Shown here: positions 48,792 through 62,079 of the stretch, in pieces
Layout: each line of letters begins with the position of its first letter
How positions within the stretch are numbered: position 1 is the first letter of the stretch
NCBI GenBank assembly: GCA_048772705.1
Contig: JBLWGC010000121.1
Span: 229,020 to 293,019 of the forward strand
Source of the DNA: Leidyana gryllorum EB-2025a
Lineage: Eukaryota > Protista > Apicomplexa
DNA: 64,000 nucleotides
Direction: 5' to 3'
Notes under the pieces: model-generated
What the model saw: only the letters and a program-made list of their open reading frames with translations
What the model was told of the DNA's origin: nothing
Database searches by the model: none
Position numbers and translations under genes: made by a program

Positions 48792-49994
48792 ATGGGGATC
48801 TATAAGAGAGATCGTGGGGGCCGACATCGTTCGAACAAAGGACATTCCTCAGACAGCTCTGTTCCAATAATCATCGCGGTCGGTGTGGTGCTGGGGACCA
48901 CTCTGGGTGCCGCAGCCACAATGCGGAGCTATGCGTTTGACACTCAGCAGCAAAGACTCGAAGAAAGTATTGAAGCCAAAGGTGTGAGGAGAATTGCCAC
49001 TTTTGTGGGAGATAAATTTGCATCCCGAAAATGTCTTTGAGTGCCTTATCTGTGACAATACATCGGGTCTATGACCTCCCTGAGAAGGTTGGCCGACTCC
49101 ACAGAACCACTGTATGTCGATATATAAATCACTGCGCTGCATATCCACCCAACAGTCGCCCAATGTAGTTATCTACATGATGAAGGACAAATACAACACT
49201 CAAACGGTGCCCATGTGTGCCAACGAAGCCATCTTTGAAGAGACCTGGACCACCGCCTGGGACGGAACCAGCTCACTCGCCATCGACCTCCACAGGTACT
49301 GACCGACACTTTTGATCACCCCAAATCTAACGTCGTCACCTCCAATTCCGCAGCCGCGATCACTGCTTTGGGAAACTCTGGATCAAACTCAAGGACATCC
49401 TCGACGTCCACGGAAGATGGACGGGCACCATGGAGATGAAACCTGAAAAGTCCAGTATGACCCCTCCGAAAATGGTCTTCACTGTCGTCAATACGTGAGA
49501 GCCGTTGCAGCAAAACTTATATTCGATTGTGCAGTGGCGCGGCAGATCCACCCCATGGTGGGGGCGATCAGACCGCCGTACCTCTTCCTGGCGAGTTGGG
49601 GGATTACGGCTTCGGAGGGCCCGGAAGTACCGACGCCAGCGGAGCACCAGTCGCAGCAGTGCCTCTTCCGGGTGACTTGCCACCCCCAGGGCCTGATTTC
49701 CCACCAGTCGGACCCCCTGTCCAACCTGTCGCTCCAGTACCCTTCCCTGGGGACCCCAACTACTATCCTCAGTATCCCCCACCACCGCCCTACCAGGGCC
49801 CCAATGGACAATATGGTTACACGGTGGGCGGCCCAGCCGGTCCTCCGAACGTCCTTTTTCCAGGGAGTGCCATGATGCAACAAGGAGGCGGGTACCCCGC
49901 TTACCCCCCACCTCCACACCCATACGCAGCAGGCCACAGACAGCCGGCTGCTGAACAAGAAGAAGACGAGGTAGACAATTTGACAGCATTCTAA
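48792..49994 (+). CDS. N-terminal TM anchor + divergent C2-like domain + Pro/Tyr/Gly-rich tail
   Basis: TM VPIIIAVGVVLGTTLGAAA; C2-like SPNVVIYM..YNTQTV..EAIFEET..FGKLWIKL; ORF 49527-49994 is P/Y/G-rich. Splicing is approximate. Confidence 0.5.
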
Positions 49995-50185
49995 AGCTCC
50001 CAATATGTCCGTTTTTTTCTGTACCGCCTTTGAATAGGAGCAACGCTGAGATCAGTGTCTCAGAAGAATATCAAAACCAAAGCAAACCACACCGCACACA
50101 CACCTTGCAAACACGAACTGCAAGAGAACTACAACAATTTGGATTCCCCCTTCACTTTCAGTCCACGAAAATTCTGCACCGCGAG

Positions 50186-50662
50186 ATGCCCACCCTTCGT
50201 GTTGTCATCCAGGAAGTCACTGGACTACCTGAGAAGATGGGACTCTTCGACAAGACCGTAGGCCGCCGTTGATCTACTGCAACATATCACACACAAACTT
50301 CTCTCCTCACAGGATCCGTTTGTCTCCCTGCAACTCGGCAGCCAAGTGCAGAAGACCAACGTCAAGAAGAACGCGGGTGCCTCCGCCACCTTCAACCAGG
50401 TTTTCACCTTTGCCTACAACAATGAGCCGCAGCTGCTCCTCTACTGCATGGATAGTGGCAGAAAGGACGATCTGATCGCAACCGCTGTCATCAATCTTTC
50501 ACAGGGTATGCTGTGCTCGGGATCCTGGTCCGGCACCTTCCCCGTAAGCCCATACCCGCACATACATACACACACACATCGTTCACCGGTTAGATGGTGC
50601 CAAACAAAGGCCTAGAGAAGAAGTCCAGCCCGCAGATCGCCTTCTCCATGAACATTATCTAG
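50186..50662 (+). CDS. Stand-alone small C2-domain protein
   Basis: Spliced MPTLRVVIQEVTGL..GLFDKT|DPFVSLQLGSQVQKTNVKKNAG.SATFNQVFTF..CMD..KDDLIA; three exons. Confidence 0.85.
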
Positions 50663-50704
50663 TTGAATTTCTCTGCCCTTTTTCCCAGACAATACCCACT
50701 CTAT

Positions 50705-53700
50705 ATGGTAGCGCCTCCATCTCACCTTCTGGAAGCTCTGATTGAGCTCCACTTTCGCGATTGCAGACGAGCCATCTATCAGATCGATCCACAGTCCCAC
50801 TTCCTCTTGGTACAACGACAAGAAGCCATCGTCCGTCACACTCCTTGTCCACCCGACCTCAGATGCACACACTGTCAAACCCCTATCGCCCTTCCCGCCA
50901 ATTGCACTGACCGGCTGGGACTCATCTGCCTCGGAGGCCGCACATTTCCCCCCATCGATGACTTCTCGCCCACTATTATTGCTGTGCTCGGAGACTTTAT
51001 CCTTCTCCAATGCCGCAAAACAGAGGCTGTTGTTGTGGACTGCTCTGATGTGCCTCCCCTGACACCCGAACAACCCCCCACGTGCCTCCCGCTGCTTCGC
51101 GTACCTTCCAGCAATGATCTGATCACCTGCGCTTGTTTTCTGCCCCCTTTCTCCGTCGCCAACGGTTCAGAGCGGACAGTAAGCACCGCTGACAAAGACC
51201 GCCAAGAGCCTTTAGCAGGTCGCTCTCGGCCACTCCAACGGCTCGCTATCCCTCCGCGCGGCACAGCCGTTCGACCTCGAATGGCCTCCGCCGATCAAAG
51301 TCGACACGGAAGACGAGATGGCCGCAGACGTCCTTCTCTGTCGTGAACACACACCAATCAGAGCACTCGCCAGCGACGGCGAGTTCCTCTTATGGGCGGG
51401 TGATGATGCCATGAAGATATATAACCTCAAACTGAGTCAAAAGGTCGCCATGGTGCCGCTCCCGAGACTTCCCACACCCCACGCCCCCAACTATGATTGC
51501 TGGATCTTCCGGACATCAGATCGATCTCACAGTTGGGGAATCCTTCTCTCCAACGGGACCTTCAAGGTGAACGAACTGTGCCTGTCGGGCACTGATGCGA
51601 GCACTCTTAACCACAGGTTGTCACTATCTCACCTGTAATCACGTCACTGAAGCCCTCCACCCCAGCGAGTAACGTTAGAATTGTACGTCACAAAGGCATC
51701 GTGGTATTGGATACAACCGTAACCGACTTACTGGCTGATGTCCCACCCAGCTTACCAACGCCCTACCGTATCCGAGCCTTCAACACGACTGATGGCCGTG
51801 CGTCCAAACATATCTCCCACCTGATGAGCCTCTGGGCAGATGCCGCCCTGACACCCAGACGCTTTGTAAATGTAGATACCACCATATTCTGGCCTTTGGA
51901 TTTTGCGGTTCTACAAGATGGACAGGAAAGACATTATCATGGGCTACTTAGGTGAGGACCGCCGTGGCACTCTGTAACACCCGCCACAGTGCGGTCGGCC
52001 GCTTCATAACCTGGGGCCCAAAGAGAGATACAATTGAACACCAGGACGAAACGACCAACTTACTGCTTCTCTGGCAACAGTTCCCCGTCATTGCTGACAC
52101 ATCCCTTGAACTCGCCCTCATGGTAGCGGGATTCCCCGTGCAAGATCGATCACTGACATACGATGTCCATCCACTCCAAATAGCTGCCGAAGCTCTGCTG
52201 CATCACTCCAATCCTTTAGCTTTCCTCTTCATCACCAGCTGGCTACCGCTCCTAGAGAAGGTGAGATGGCTCAAGCTGTTTGGCACCCTGGGCGCATCGG
52301 TGTCTCTGCGTGTGTGTGAGCGCGTGTGCGTGTCGGCGTTCGGCTTGCCTCTGATTTGTACAGGATCTGACAGATGGAGAGTGTGGGAGGGTGGCGTGCT
52401 TCCTCGCTGGCGCCGTGCAGTCAGCTGGAGCCGTGCCAAGGGGGGAATTGAAACGCATATGTGCAACCATTCGTGCCTGGAATACTTCCCGCGCCGAGCA
52501 AGTCACTGGTATGATTTGTACTGGGGGTCCCCAGGTTATTGACGTATGATAGACTGGGTACAGCTGTTCCTTACTGTGATTAAGGACACCTTTCAGCTCT
52601 TTGCGGACTCCGCCCCACCCGTAGGGTGTGGACCCCTGATGTCGGCCTTGATCGAACCTTTGCTGGAAGCTTCTAACCGGGAATGCTCACCACCTTTATT
52701 CCATGACTTGGACTGTGATTGGGTGACTGTGGTGATTGCAGAGTTGGCCGCCCCTCGGTTGCTGACAACTTGCTGGACCCTGCTACTGAGTCACATCGAA
52801 GCGTGTTCACGATGTCGAGTGGGAGGAGCAGGCTGTGCCGTGGAGCTACGGCGACGACTGCCCACAGTACTTAGCTATGTGAGAATTGTTGTCAGTCCAG
52901 CGTCTACTGTTCGATTTGGTGCCGCAGCTCAAACGACCTGAAACGCGGAATGAGATTGAGATGGCTGTGAGGATCCTGAACTGCTTGACGGAAGATGGCA
53001 GGCTGCGGAATGTGGTGGTCAAAGTCTTGGAGGTCGACGATTTGAAAGAAATTGAGGATACTTTGATAATACTCTGCGATGTTATGACAGAATTGAAACG
53101 TCTGACTGCCATGGCGCCGGGCGTTGCTCGATTGCAAGTCTTTATGGGGGACGCAGGCGACGACGCCGGTACCGCTGTGGCCGAAGTTCTCGTTGCAGTA
53201 AGTGTCCTTTTGATGCGTTGGAGGGACTGACTGCTATGTTTGTACTCTTCTTACGACAGACGGCACTGGAGGTGGAACACAGCCAGCTGCGCTTCGTTCT
53301 ATTGAGACGAGCGCTGTATCTCTGCGGCTATGTTGAGACTCGAGCAAACGAATGGCTGCTTGAGACTCTCAAGTTGGGCTTACAGCACAATCCCAGCTGG
53401 ATTACTCACGATCTCTGTCAGCCAGATCCCGAGTCAGCCATCGCTCGTCTGTTGGGCACCTATCCAACGAGTGAGATTGTGGATTTGGCGAAAGACCTCA
53501 CACTGAGTCGGAACGGTCATCAAGCGTATCAGGGACTCTTACTCAAATGTGGTTGTGGACACGTAGCTCTGCCTCTGGCCATAGCACAGGTATGACCGCA
53601 CTAGCAATGTGTGTTCTGTCGAGAACATTGTTCGCAGGATGTGGTTAGCGCCACTCTACTGACGGTGATGGGGGCGTACATCGACTTTTTGGATCCCTTG

Positions 53701-54363
53701 ATCGATCGACTGAACGAATCTGAGGGTCGCATACGGCATCAAGCGCTCAGTTGTCTACTCATGTTGGCACAAAACGACGATAGTCAAGTCGATCCCTTCT
53801 ATTTGCGCCATGTTGATTTGGCCCTAATGAGCTCTCCTTTAAGAAGTGATTTGCCTCCCGTCCCCGAGGGTAACGATATCAGTTCCCGTCGACAAGTCAA
53901 CATCGGATTGGCCATCGCGAGGTTCGTACATCTAGTGGGTATCGCTGCACCCAATCAGTCTTTCCCGATACCCGCCGATCTCGCTGTAAGTCGACGGTCC
54001 GTGCAAACCCAAAAAGACGTGTGGTAGTTGATCGAGTACTTCTTGAAGAAATTGGTTTCCCTCCAAGTGCCCTCCAAGCAAATTCAACACTCGCTCAAGA
54101 TGGTGGAGGTAAGCCTTAATTCAGCTCGGAGGAGACTGTCCCACCGACCATAGGACATGGTGTGTGTCAAGCAATCCTACGACACCCGACCCGTTACACA
54201 AGCTTCATGCGCAGCTGTTGTCGCTGACTTTGCAGCTCTCCCAACAACCTGCCTGGGCTGCGGACTCGCAATAGATCCACCACACTGTGAAGTATCAGTG
54301 GAATCCCAAAATCGTTGGCGCCATACAACGTGCCAAGAAATGTCACACGGAAACTCCATTTAA
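50705..54363 (+). CDS. Divergent VPS41-like HOPS subunit (beta-propeller, helical region, C-terminal RING-like motif)
   Basis: PIRALASDGEFLLWAGDDAMKIYN resembles the Vps41 WD region; terminal CLGC..RHTTC. Exon structure and start are approximate. Confidence 0.5.
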
Positions 54364-54414
54364 TGTACACAATATCTAAAACAGACAGTCAATGGCGAGC
54401 AAACGATTAATCAA

Positions 54415-54620
54415 TAAAAATGCTATATAAACATCTATGCGAGCATATCCTCAGCATGAGCGGTGGAAGCGCCGTTTTTGCGACGACGCTTCTGCTACAC
54501 GACTGCCCGCGCAATCGTAAAAATGCTATATAAACACCTATGCGAGCATATCCTCAGCATGAGCGGTGGAAGCGGCGTTGTTGCGACGACGCTTTTGGTA
54601 CACGAATGCCCCCGCGATCG
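54415..54620. repeat. 103-bp direct tandem duplication covering the end of the TM helix, the cytosolic tail, the stop codon and the proximal 3' flank; present in every array unit
   Basis: taaaaatgctatataaaca..gcaatcg at 54415-54517, with a close variant at 54518-54620. Confidence 0.9.
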
Positions 54621-56318
54621 CAGTGAGCCCCAGAGTTCCGAAGCCCAATGCGTACAGGAACGGTTTGGGAGTGTAGTCATGTACCAGACCGTTGTAGTAG
54701 TACACAGCGGTCGAGGCCACGGACGAGGCACTGTCCGTTATGGCGTTGATCAAATGATCCAGGAAAGATAGAGCACGGGGGCTTGACGGCTTGTTGCGAC
54801 GCAGACCACCAGTAGAGAATCCGGGTTGAGAAACATCTCCGGTATCGGCATCTGCCGCGAGATCCTCCTGCTGCTGCTGCTGCTCGGAGATAGGGGTGAC
54901 AAACAATTCCTCCGATTGCTCTTCAGCGATCAGAACATCAGCAGATGCGCCCATCAGTTCGGCTTCCGGCTCCTCCTCGGCAACCATCACTTCAGCTGAG
55001 GCTCCAACCAATTCGGCATCCGCCTGTTCCTCCTCTAGAACCTCAGCTTGGGGGGCTATCACTTCTGCTGCAGTCAATACGATGACAACGGGTTCTTCAG
55101 CGATTTCTGCTTCGAGTGGCTCAGCAACGGCCTCCCACTGAGCGACCACGGGGGTAGCAGTCGTTTCGGTGGCGGCTGCGGCTTGACCCTCGACTTCGGA
55201 ATCGCCATTTTCTACCAATTCTGTCTCTTGGCCGACCTGGAGAACGGTTTCCTCCGATTGATCAGCATCGAGACCTTCCAACAACACATCCAATAGCAAT
55301 TCCGGGATAAGGTCTTCAACAGGCTCCTGAGGGAACGATTCAGCACCAGGAGTAGAATCTTCAGCAGCGGGGGTAGAATCTTCAGCAACGGGGGAAGAAT
55401 CTTCAGCAGCAGGGGTAGAATCTTCAGCAGCAGGGGTAGAATCTTCAGCAGCAGCAGCTGTAGTGTCTGGAATAGGGGTTGAGGAAACCTCGGCTCCAGT
55501 CAACAGATCTGTGAGAGCATTGCGAGATTGATCAAACAATTTTTCGACCAAATCTGATGGCAGTGGAGCGTCACGGGCATTGCGGATCAACTCCTGGTCT
55601 CCGGCGGGCACTGATGAAGTTGTGATCTCCGAATCCTCGTCGAACGGTGTAGTAGTGGTCGTGGAAGTGGTCGTGTCCTTGCGCATGCCTCCGAGGAAAA
55701 TTTGTTCGCCTTCCGGAGCTTCAAACAGCTGTATGATGGTGTGGTCTTGGATCGGCAGCTGTTCCTGCTCTGAAACGGCTGGTATAGGAGTAAGCGCGGT
55801 CGAAGCGGTGGCGCCTCCGCGCGTCACTTCCTCCATTTGGCGGTCCGTTTGGGCCTGTGTTTCTGCAGCACGTTGTGCAGAGTCAATATCATCGACTATT
55901 TCGTCAACGAGTTGTTCCAAGCCGGGGGCCACTAGTGACGATATGGATGGATACATTGCGGTTTCACGTACTGTGCTCTGAGATAACAGCGAGTTGTTTA
56001 GCGAAAACTCCGTTCAAGATATTGCCGTAGAGCTCAATCATTTGAGAATCCTGCAAGAAGCGGGGAAGATTGTGAGATGTGACGTCAGCATCCGCCGCCA
56101 ATTGTTGCTCCTCGAGGGGAGATTCCTCGATCTTGATTTCGGCATAGTCTGTCAGAATTGATGAGCATTCGCATAGTTGGGGCGCCTTACCAGCAACATC
56201 CATGGTCAGTGGAACATCTGTGGCGGCAACACCAACAGCGAAAAGAACTACAGACGCAATTAATCTTTGACACAAACACCTTTCACCTACCAGTGGTAAT
56301 GGTGAATGACGCAAGCAT
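54538..56318 (-). CDS. Acidic mucin-like type-I membrane protein, copy 1 (5 PAAEDST-type repeats)
   Basis: Four exons. Signal MLASFTITT|VLFAVGVAA; acidic ectodomain; TM FLYALGFGTLGLTAIAGAFVY; tail QKRRR..EDMLA. Confidence 0.85.
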
Positions 56319-57061
56319 GATTGAAGCGTTGAACTCCTTCTCGGAATCGACCCTAGACTATGATTCGATCATGTCAACAGTATGCCCCAATTATTAAGAT
56401 TAAATAAAATCATCGAACACATCATCGAACACGTATAAATTGATGACCATCAGCCCCCTAGCACCGTGCATCCGCCATGTGAACTGTGCAAAATAGTAGT
56501 GACGATTCCAACATAGCGGTAGAACGACCAACCTATCACACAGTATGTTTACGGCGTGTGGCATATAAGCCCAAGCTACTGTGCAACTGTGTATTGACCC
56601 CAGTACAGGCTTTCTCCATGTGGATGCCCGGTCGAACGGCGACCTTGGGTGTGTGCGCAGGATATATTATTATGTTTGACCGGGTGTGTCACGGCTCTCT
56701 ATAACGGCAGAGTGTGTAATACGCGGACAAATATCGTCTAGATGGATATAGGGGTCGTACAATGAAATTCAACTTAGGTTGGTCCTGCATTTAATCAAAC
56801 AATCTAAACTAAAAAGTCAAAGGATGTGTGTGTTTCAATAGACATAGCCCTTCTCGCAAAGGTTGCCAGCAGATGCAACTATTTAGAACAGACAGTCCTA
56901 TTAAACAGACAGTCAATGGCGAGCAAACGATTAATCAATAAAAATGCTATATAAACATCTATGCGAGCATATCCTCAGCATGAGCGGTGGAAGCGGCGTT
57001 TTTGCGACGACGCTTCTGGTACACGACTGCCCGCGCAATCGTAAAAATGCTATATAAACAC

Positions 57062-58851
57062 CTATGCGAGCATATCCTCAGCATGAGCGGTGGAAGCGGC
57101 GTTGTTGCGACGACGCTTTTGGTACACGAATGCCCCCGCAATCGCAGTGAGCCCCAGAGTTCCGAAGCCCAATGCGTACAGGAACGGTTTGGGAGTGTAG
57201 TCATGTACCAGACCGTTGTAGTAGTATACAGCGGTCGAGGCCACGGACGAGGCACTGTCCGTTATGGCGTTGATCAAATGATCCAGGAAAGATAGAGCAC
57301 GGGGGCTTGACGGCTTGTTGCGACGCAGACCACCAGTAGAGAATCCGGGTTGAGAAACATCTCCGGTATCGGCATCTGCCGCGAGATCCTCCTGCTGCTG
57401 CTGCTGCTCGGAGATAGGGGTGACAAACAATTCCTCCGATTGCTCTTCGGCGATCAGAACATCAGCAGATGCGCCCATCAGTTCGGCTTCCGGCTCCTCC
57501 TCGGCAACCATCACTTCAGCTGAGGCTCCAACCAATTCGGCATCCGCCTGTTCCTCCTCTAGAACCTCAGCTTGGGGGGCTATCACTTCTGCTGCAGTCA
57601 ATACGATGACAACGGGTTCTTCAGCGATTTCTGCTTCGAGTGGCTCAGCAACGGCCTCCCACTGAGCGACCACGGGGGTAGCAGTCGTTTCGGTGGCGGC
57701 TGCGGCTTGACCCTCGACTTCGGAATCGCCATTTTCTACCAATTCTGTCTCTTGGCCGACCTGGAGAACGGTTTCCTCCGATTGATCAGCATCGAGACCT
57801 TCCAACAACACATCCAATAGCAATTCCGGGATAAGGTCTTCAACAGGCTCCTGAGGGAACGATTCAGCACCCGGAGTAGAATCTTCAGCAGCGGGGGAAG
57901 AATCTTCAGCAGCCGGGGTAGAATCTTCAGCAGCAGGGGTAGAATCTTCAGCAGCAGGGGTAGAATCTTCAGCAGCAGCAGCTGTAGTGTCTGGAATAGG
58001 GGTTGAGGAAACCTCGGCTCCAGTCAACAGATCTGTGAGAGCATTGCGAGATTGATCAAACAATTTTTCGATCTTTTCGACCAAATCTGATGGCAGTGGA
58101 GCGTCACGGGCATTGCGGATCAACTCCTGGTCTCCGGCGGGCACTGATGAAGTTGTGATCTCCGAATCCTCGTCGAACGGTGTAGTAGTGGTCGTGGAAG
58201 TGGTCGTGTCCTTGCGCATGCCTCCGAGGAAAATTTGTTCGCCGTCCGGAGCTTCAAACAGCTGTATGATGGTGTGGTCTTGGATCGGCAGCTGTTCCTG
58301 CTCTGAAACGGCTGGTATAGGAGTAAGCGCGGTCGAAGCGGTGGCGCCTCCGCGCGTCACTTCCTCCATTTGGCGGTCCGTTTGGGCCTGTGTTTCTGCA
58401 GCACGTTGTGCAGAGTCAATATCATCGACTATTTCGTCAACGAGTTGTTCCAAGCCGGGGGCCACTAGTGACGATATGGATGGATACATTGCGGTTTCAC
58501 GTACTGTGCTCTGAGATAACAGCGAGTTGTTTAGCGAAAACTCCGTTCAAGATATTGCCGTAGAGCTCGATCATTTGAGAATCCTGCAAGAAGCGGGGAA
58601 GATTGTGAGATGTGACGTCAGCATCCGCCGCCAATTGTTGCTCCTCGAGGGGAGATTCCTCGATCTTGATTTCGGCATAGTCTGTCAGAATTGATGAGCA
58701 TTCGCATAGTTGGGGCGCCTTACCAGCAACATCCATGGTCAGTGGAACATCTGTGGCGGCAACACCAACAGCGAAAAGAACTACAGACGCAATTAATCTT
58801 TGACACAAACACCTTTCACCTACCAGTGGTAATGGTGAATGACGCAAGCAT
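57062..58851 (-). CDS. Acidic type-I membrane protein, copy 2 (5 repeats)
   Basis: As copy 1, with a +IEK insertion. Confidence 0.85.
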
Positions 58852-59526
58852 GATTGAAGCGTTGAACTCCTTCTCGGAATCGACCCTAGACTATGATTCG
58901 ATCATGTCAACAGTATGCCCCAATTATTAAGATTAAATAAAATCATCGAACACATCATCGAACACGTATAAATTGATGACCATCAGCCCCCTAGCACCGT
59001 GCATCCGCCATGTGAACTGTGCAAAATAGTGGTGACGATTCCAACATAGCGGTAGAACGACCAACCTATCACACAGTATGTTTACGGCGTGTGGCATATA
59101 AGCCCAAGCTACTGTGCAACTGTGTATTGACCCCAGTACAAGCTTTCTCCATGTGGATGCCCGGTCGAACGGCGACCTTGGGTGTGTGCGCAGGATATAT
59201 TATTATGTTTGACCGGGTGTGTCACGGCTCTGTATAACGGCAGAGTGTGTAATACGCGGACAAATATCGTCTAGATGGATATAGGGGTCGTACAATGAAA
59301 TTCAACTTAGGTTGGTCCTGCATTTAATCAAACAATCTAAACTAAAAAGTCAAAGGATAGTCCTATTAAACAGACAGTCAATGGCGAGCAAACGATTAAT
59401 CAATAAAAATGCTATATAAACATCTATGCGAGCATATCCTCAGCATGAGCGGTGGAAGCGGCGTTTTTGCGACGACGCTTCTGGTACACGACTGCCCGCG
59501 CAATCGTAAAAATGCTATATAAACAC

Positions 59527-61337
59527 CTATGCGAGCATATCCTCAGCATGAGCGGTGGAAGCGGCGTTGTTGCGACGACGCTTTTGGTACACGAATGCCC
59601 CCGCAATCGCAGTGAGCCCCAGAGTTCCGAAGCCCAATGCGTACAGGAACGGTTTGGGAGTGTAGTCATGTACCAGACCGTTGTAGTAGTATACAGCGGT
59701 CGAGGCCACGGACGAGGCACTGTCCGTTATGGCGTTGATCAAATGATCCAGGAAAGATAGAGCACGGGGGCTTGACGGCTTGTTGCGACGCAGACCACCA
59801 GTAGAGAATCCGGGTTGAGAAACATCTCCGGTATCGGCATCTGCCGCGAGATCCTCCTGCTGCTGCTGCTCGGAGATAGGGGTGACAAACAATTCCTCCG
59901 ATTGCTCTTCGGCGATCAGAACATCAGCAGATGCGCCCATCAGTTCGGCTTCCGGCTCCTCCTCGGCAACCATCACTTCAGCTGAGGCTCCAACCAATTC
60001 GGCATCCGCCTGTTCCTCCTCTAGAACCTCAGCTTGGGGGGCTATCACTTCTGCTGCAGTCAATACGATGACAACGGGTTCTTCAGCGATTTCTGCTTCG
60101 AGTGGCTCAGCAACGGCCTCCCACTGAGCGACCACGGGGGTAGCAATCGTTTCGGTGGCGGCTGCGGCTTTACCCTCGACTTCGGAATCGCCATTTTCTA
60201 CCAATTCTGTCTCTTGGCCGACCTGGAGAACGGTTTCCTCCGATTGATCAGCATCGAGACCTTCCAACAACACATCCAATAGCAATTCCGGGATAAGGTC
60301 TTCAACAGGCTCCTGAGGGAACGATTCAGCACCAGGAGTAGAATCTTCAGCAGCGGGGGTGGTAGAATCTTCAGCAGCGGGGGAAGAATCTTCAGCAGCG
60401 GGGGAAGAATCTTCAGCAGCAGGGGTAGAATCTTCAGCAGCAGGGGTAGAATCTTCAGCAGCAGCAGCTGTAGTGTCTGGAATAGGGGTTGAGGAAACCT
60501 CGGCTCCAGTCAACAGATCTGTGAGAGCATTGCGAGATTGATCAAACAATTTTTCGATCTTTTCGACCAAATCTGATGGCAGTGGAGCGTCACGGGCATT
60601 GCGGATCAACTCCTGGTCTCCGGCGGGCACTGATGAAGTTGTGATCTCCGAATCCTCGTCGAACGGTGTAGTAGTGGTCGTGGAAGTGGTCGTGTCCTTG
60701 CGCATGCCTCCGAGGAAAATTTGTTCGCCTTCCGGAGCTTCAAACAGCTGTATGATGGTGTGGTCTTGGATCGGCAGCTGTTCCTGCTCTGAAACGGCTG
60801 GTATAGGAGTAAGCGCGGTCGAAGCGGTGGCGCCTCCGCGCGTCACTTCCTCCATTTGGCGGTCCGTTTGGGCCTGTGTTTCTGCAGCACGTTGTGCAGA
60901 GTCAATATCATCGACTATTTCGTCAACGAGTTGTTCCAAGCCGGGGGCCACTAGTGACGATATGGATGGATACATTGCGGTTTCACGTACTGTGCTCTGA
61001 GATAACAGCGAGTTGTTTAGCGAAAACTCCGTTCAAGATATTGCCGTAGAGCTCGATCATTTGAGAATCCTGCAAGAAGCGGGGAAGATTGTGAGATGTG
61101 ACGTCAGCATCCGCCGCCAATTGTTGCTCCTCGAGGGGAGATTCCTCGATCTTGATTTCGGCATAGTCTGTCAGAATTGATGAGCATTCGCATAGTTGGG
61201 GCGCCTTACCAGCAACATCCATGGTCAGTGGAACATCTGTGGCGGCAACACCAACAGCGAAAAGAACTACAGACGCAATTAATCTTTGACACAAACACCT
61301 TTCACCTACCAGTGGTAATGGTGAATGACGCAAGCAT
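59527..61337 (-). CDS. Acidic type-I membrane protein, copy 3 (6 repeats)
   Basis: As copy 2, with one extra repeat, an extra Thr and one fewer Gln. Confidence 0.85.
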
Positions 61338-62079
61338 GATTGAAGCGTTGAACTCCTTCTCGGAATCGACCCTAGACTATGATTCGATCATGTCAACAGT
61401 ATGCCCCAATTATTAAGATTAAATAAAATCATCGAACACATCATCGAACACGTATAAATTGATGACCATCAGCCCCCTAGCACCGTGCATCCGCCATGTG
61501 AACTGTGCAAAATAGTGTGACGATTCCAACATAGCGGTAGAACGACCAACCTATCACACAGTATGTTTACGGCGTGTGGCATATAAGCCCAAGCTACTGT
61601 GCAACTGTGTATTGACCCCAGTACAGGCTTTCTCCATGTGGATGCCCGGTCGAACGGCGACCTTGGGTGTGTGCGCAGGATATATTATTATGTTTGACCG
61701 GGTGTGTCACGGCTCTGTATAACGGCAGAGTGTGTAATACGCGGACAAATATCGTCTAGATGGATATAGGGGTCGTACAATGAAATTCAACTTAGGTTGG
61801 TCCTGCATTTAATCATACAATCTAAACTAAAAAGTCAAAGGATGTGTGTGTTTCAATAGACATAGCCCTTCTCGCAAAGGTTGCCAGCAGATGCAACTAT
61901 TTAGAACAGACAGTCCTATTAAACAGACAGTCAATGGCGAGCAAACGATTAATCAATAAAAATGCTATATAAACATCTATGCGAGCATATCCTCAGCATG
62001 AGTGGTGGAAGCGGCGTTTTTGCGACGACGCTTCTGCTACACGACTGCCCCCGCAATCGTAAAAATGCTATATAAACAC

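Noticed and set aside
54538-54660. TRAP-family adhesin call for the array protein
   Set aside because: No vWA or TSR domains, and the tail lacks the subterminal Trp.
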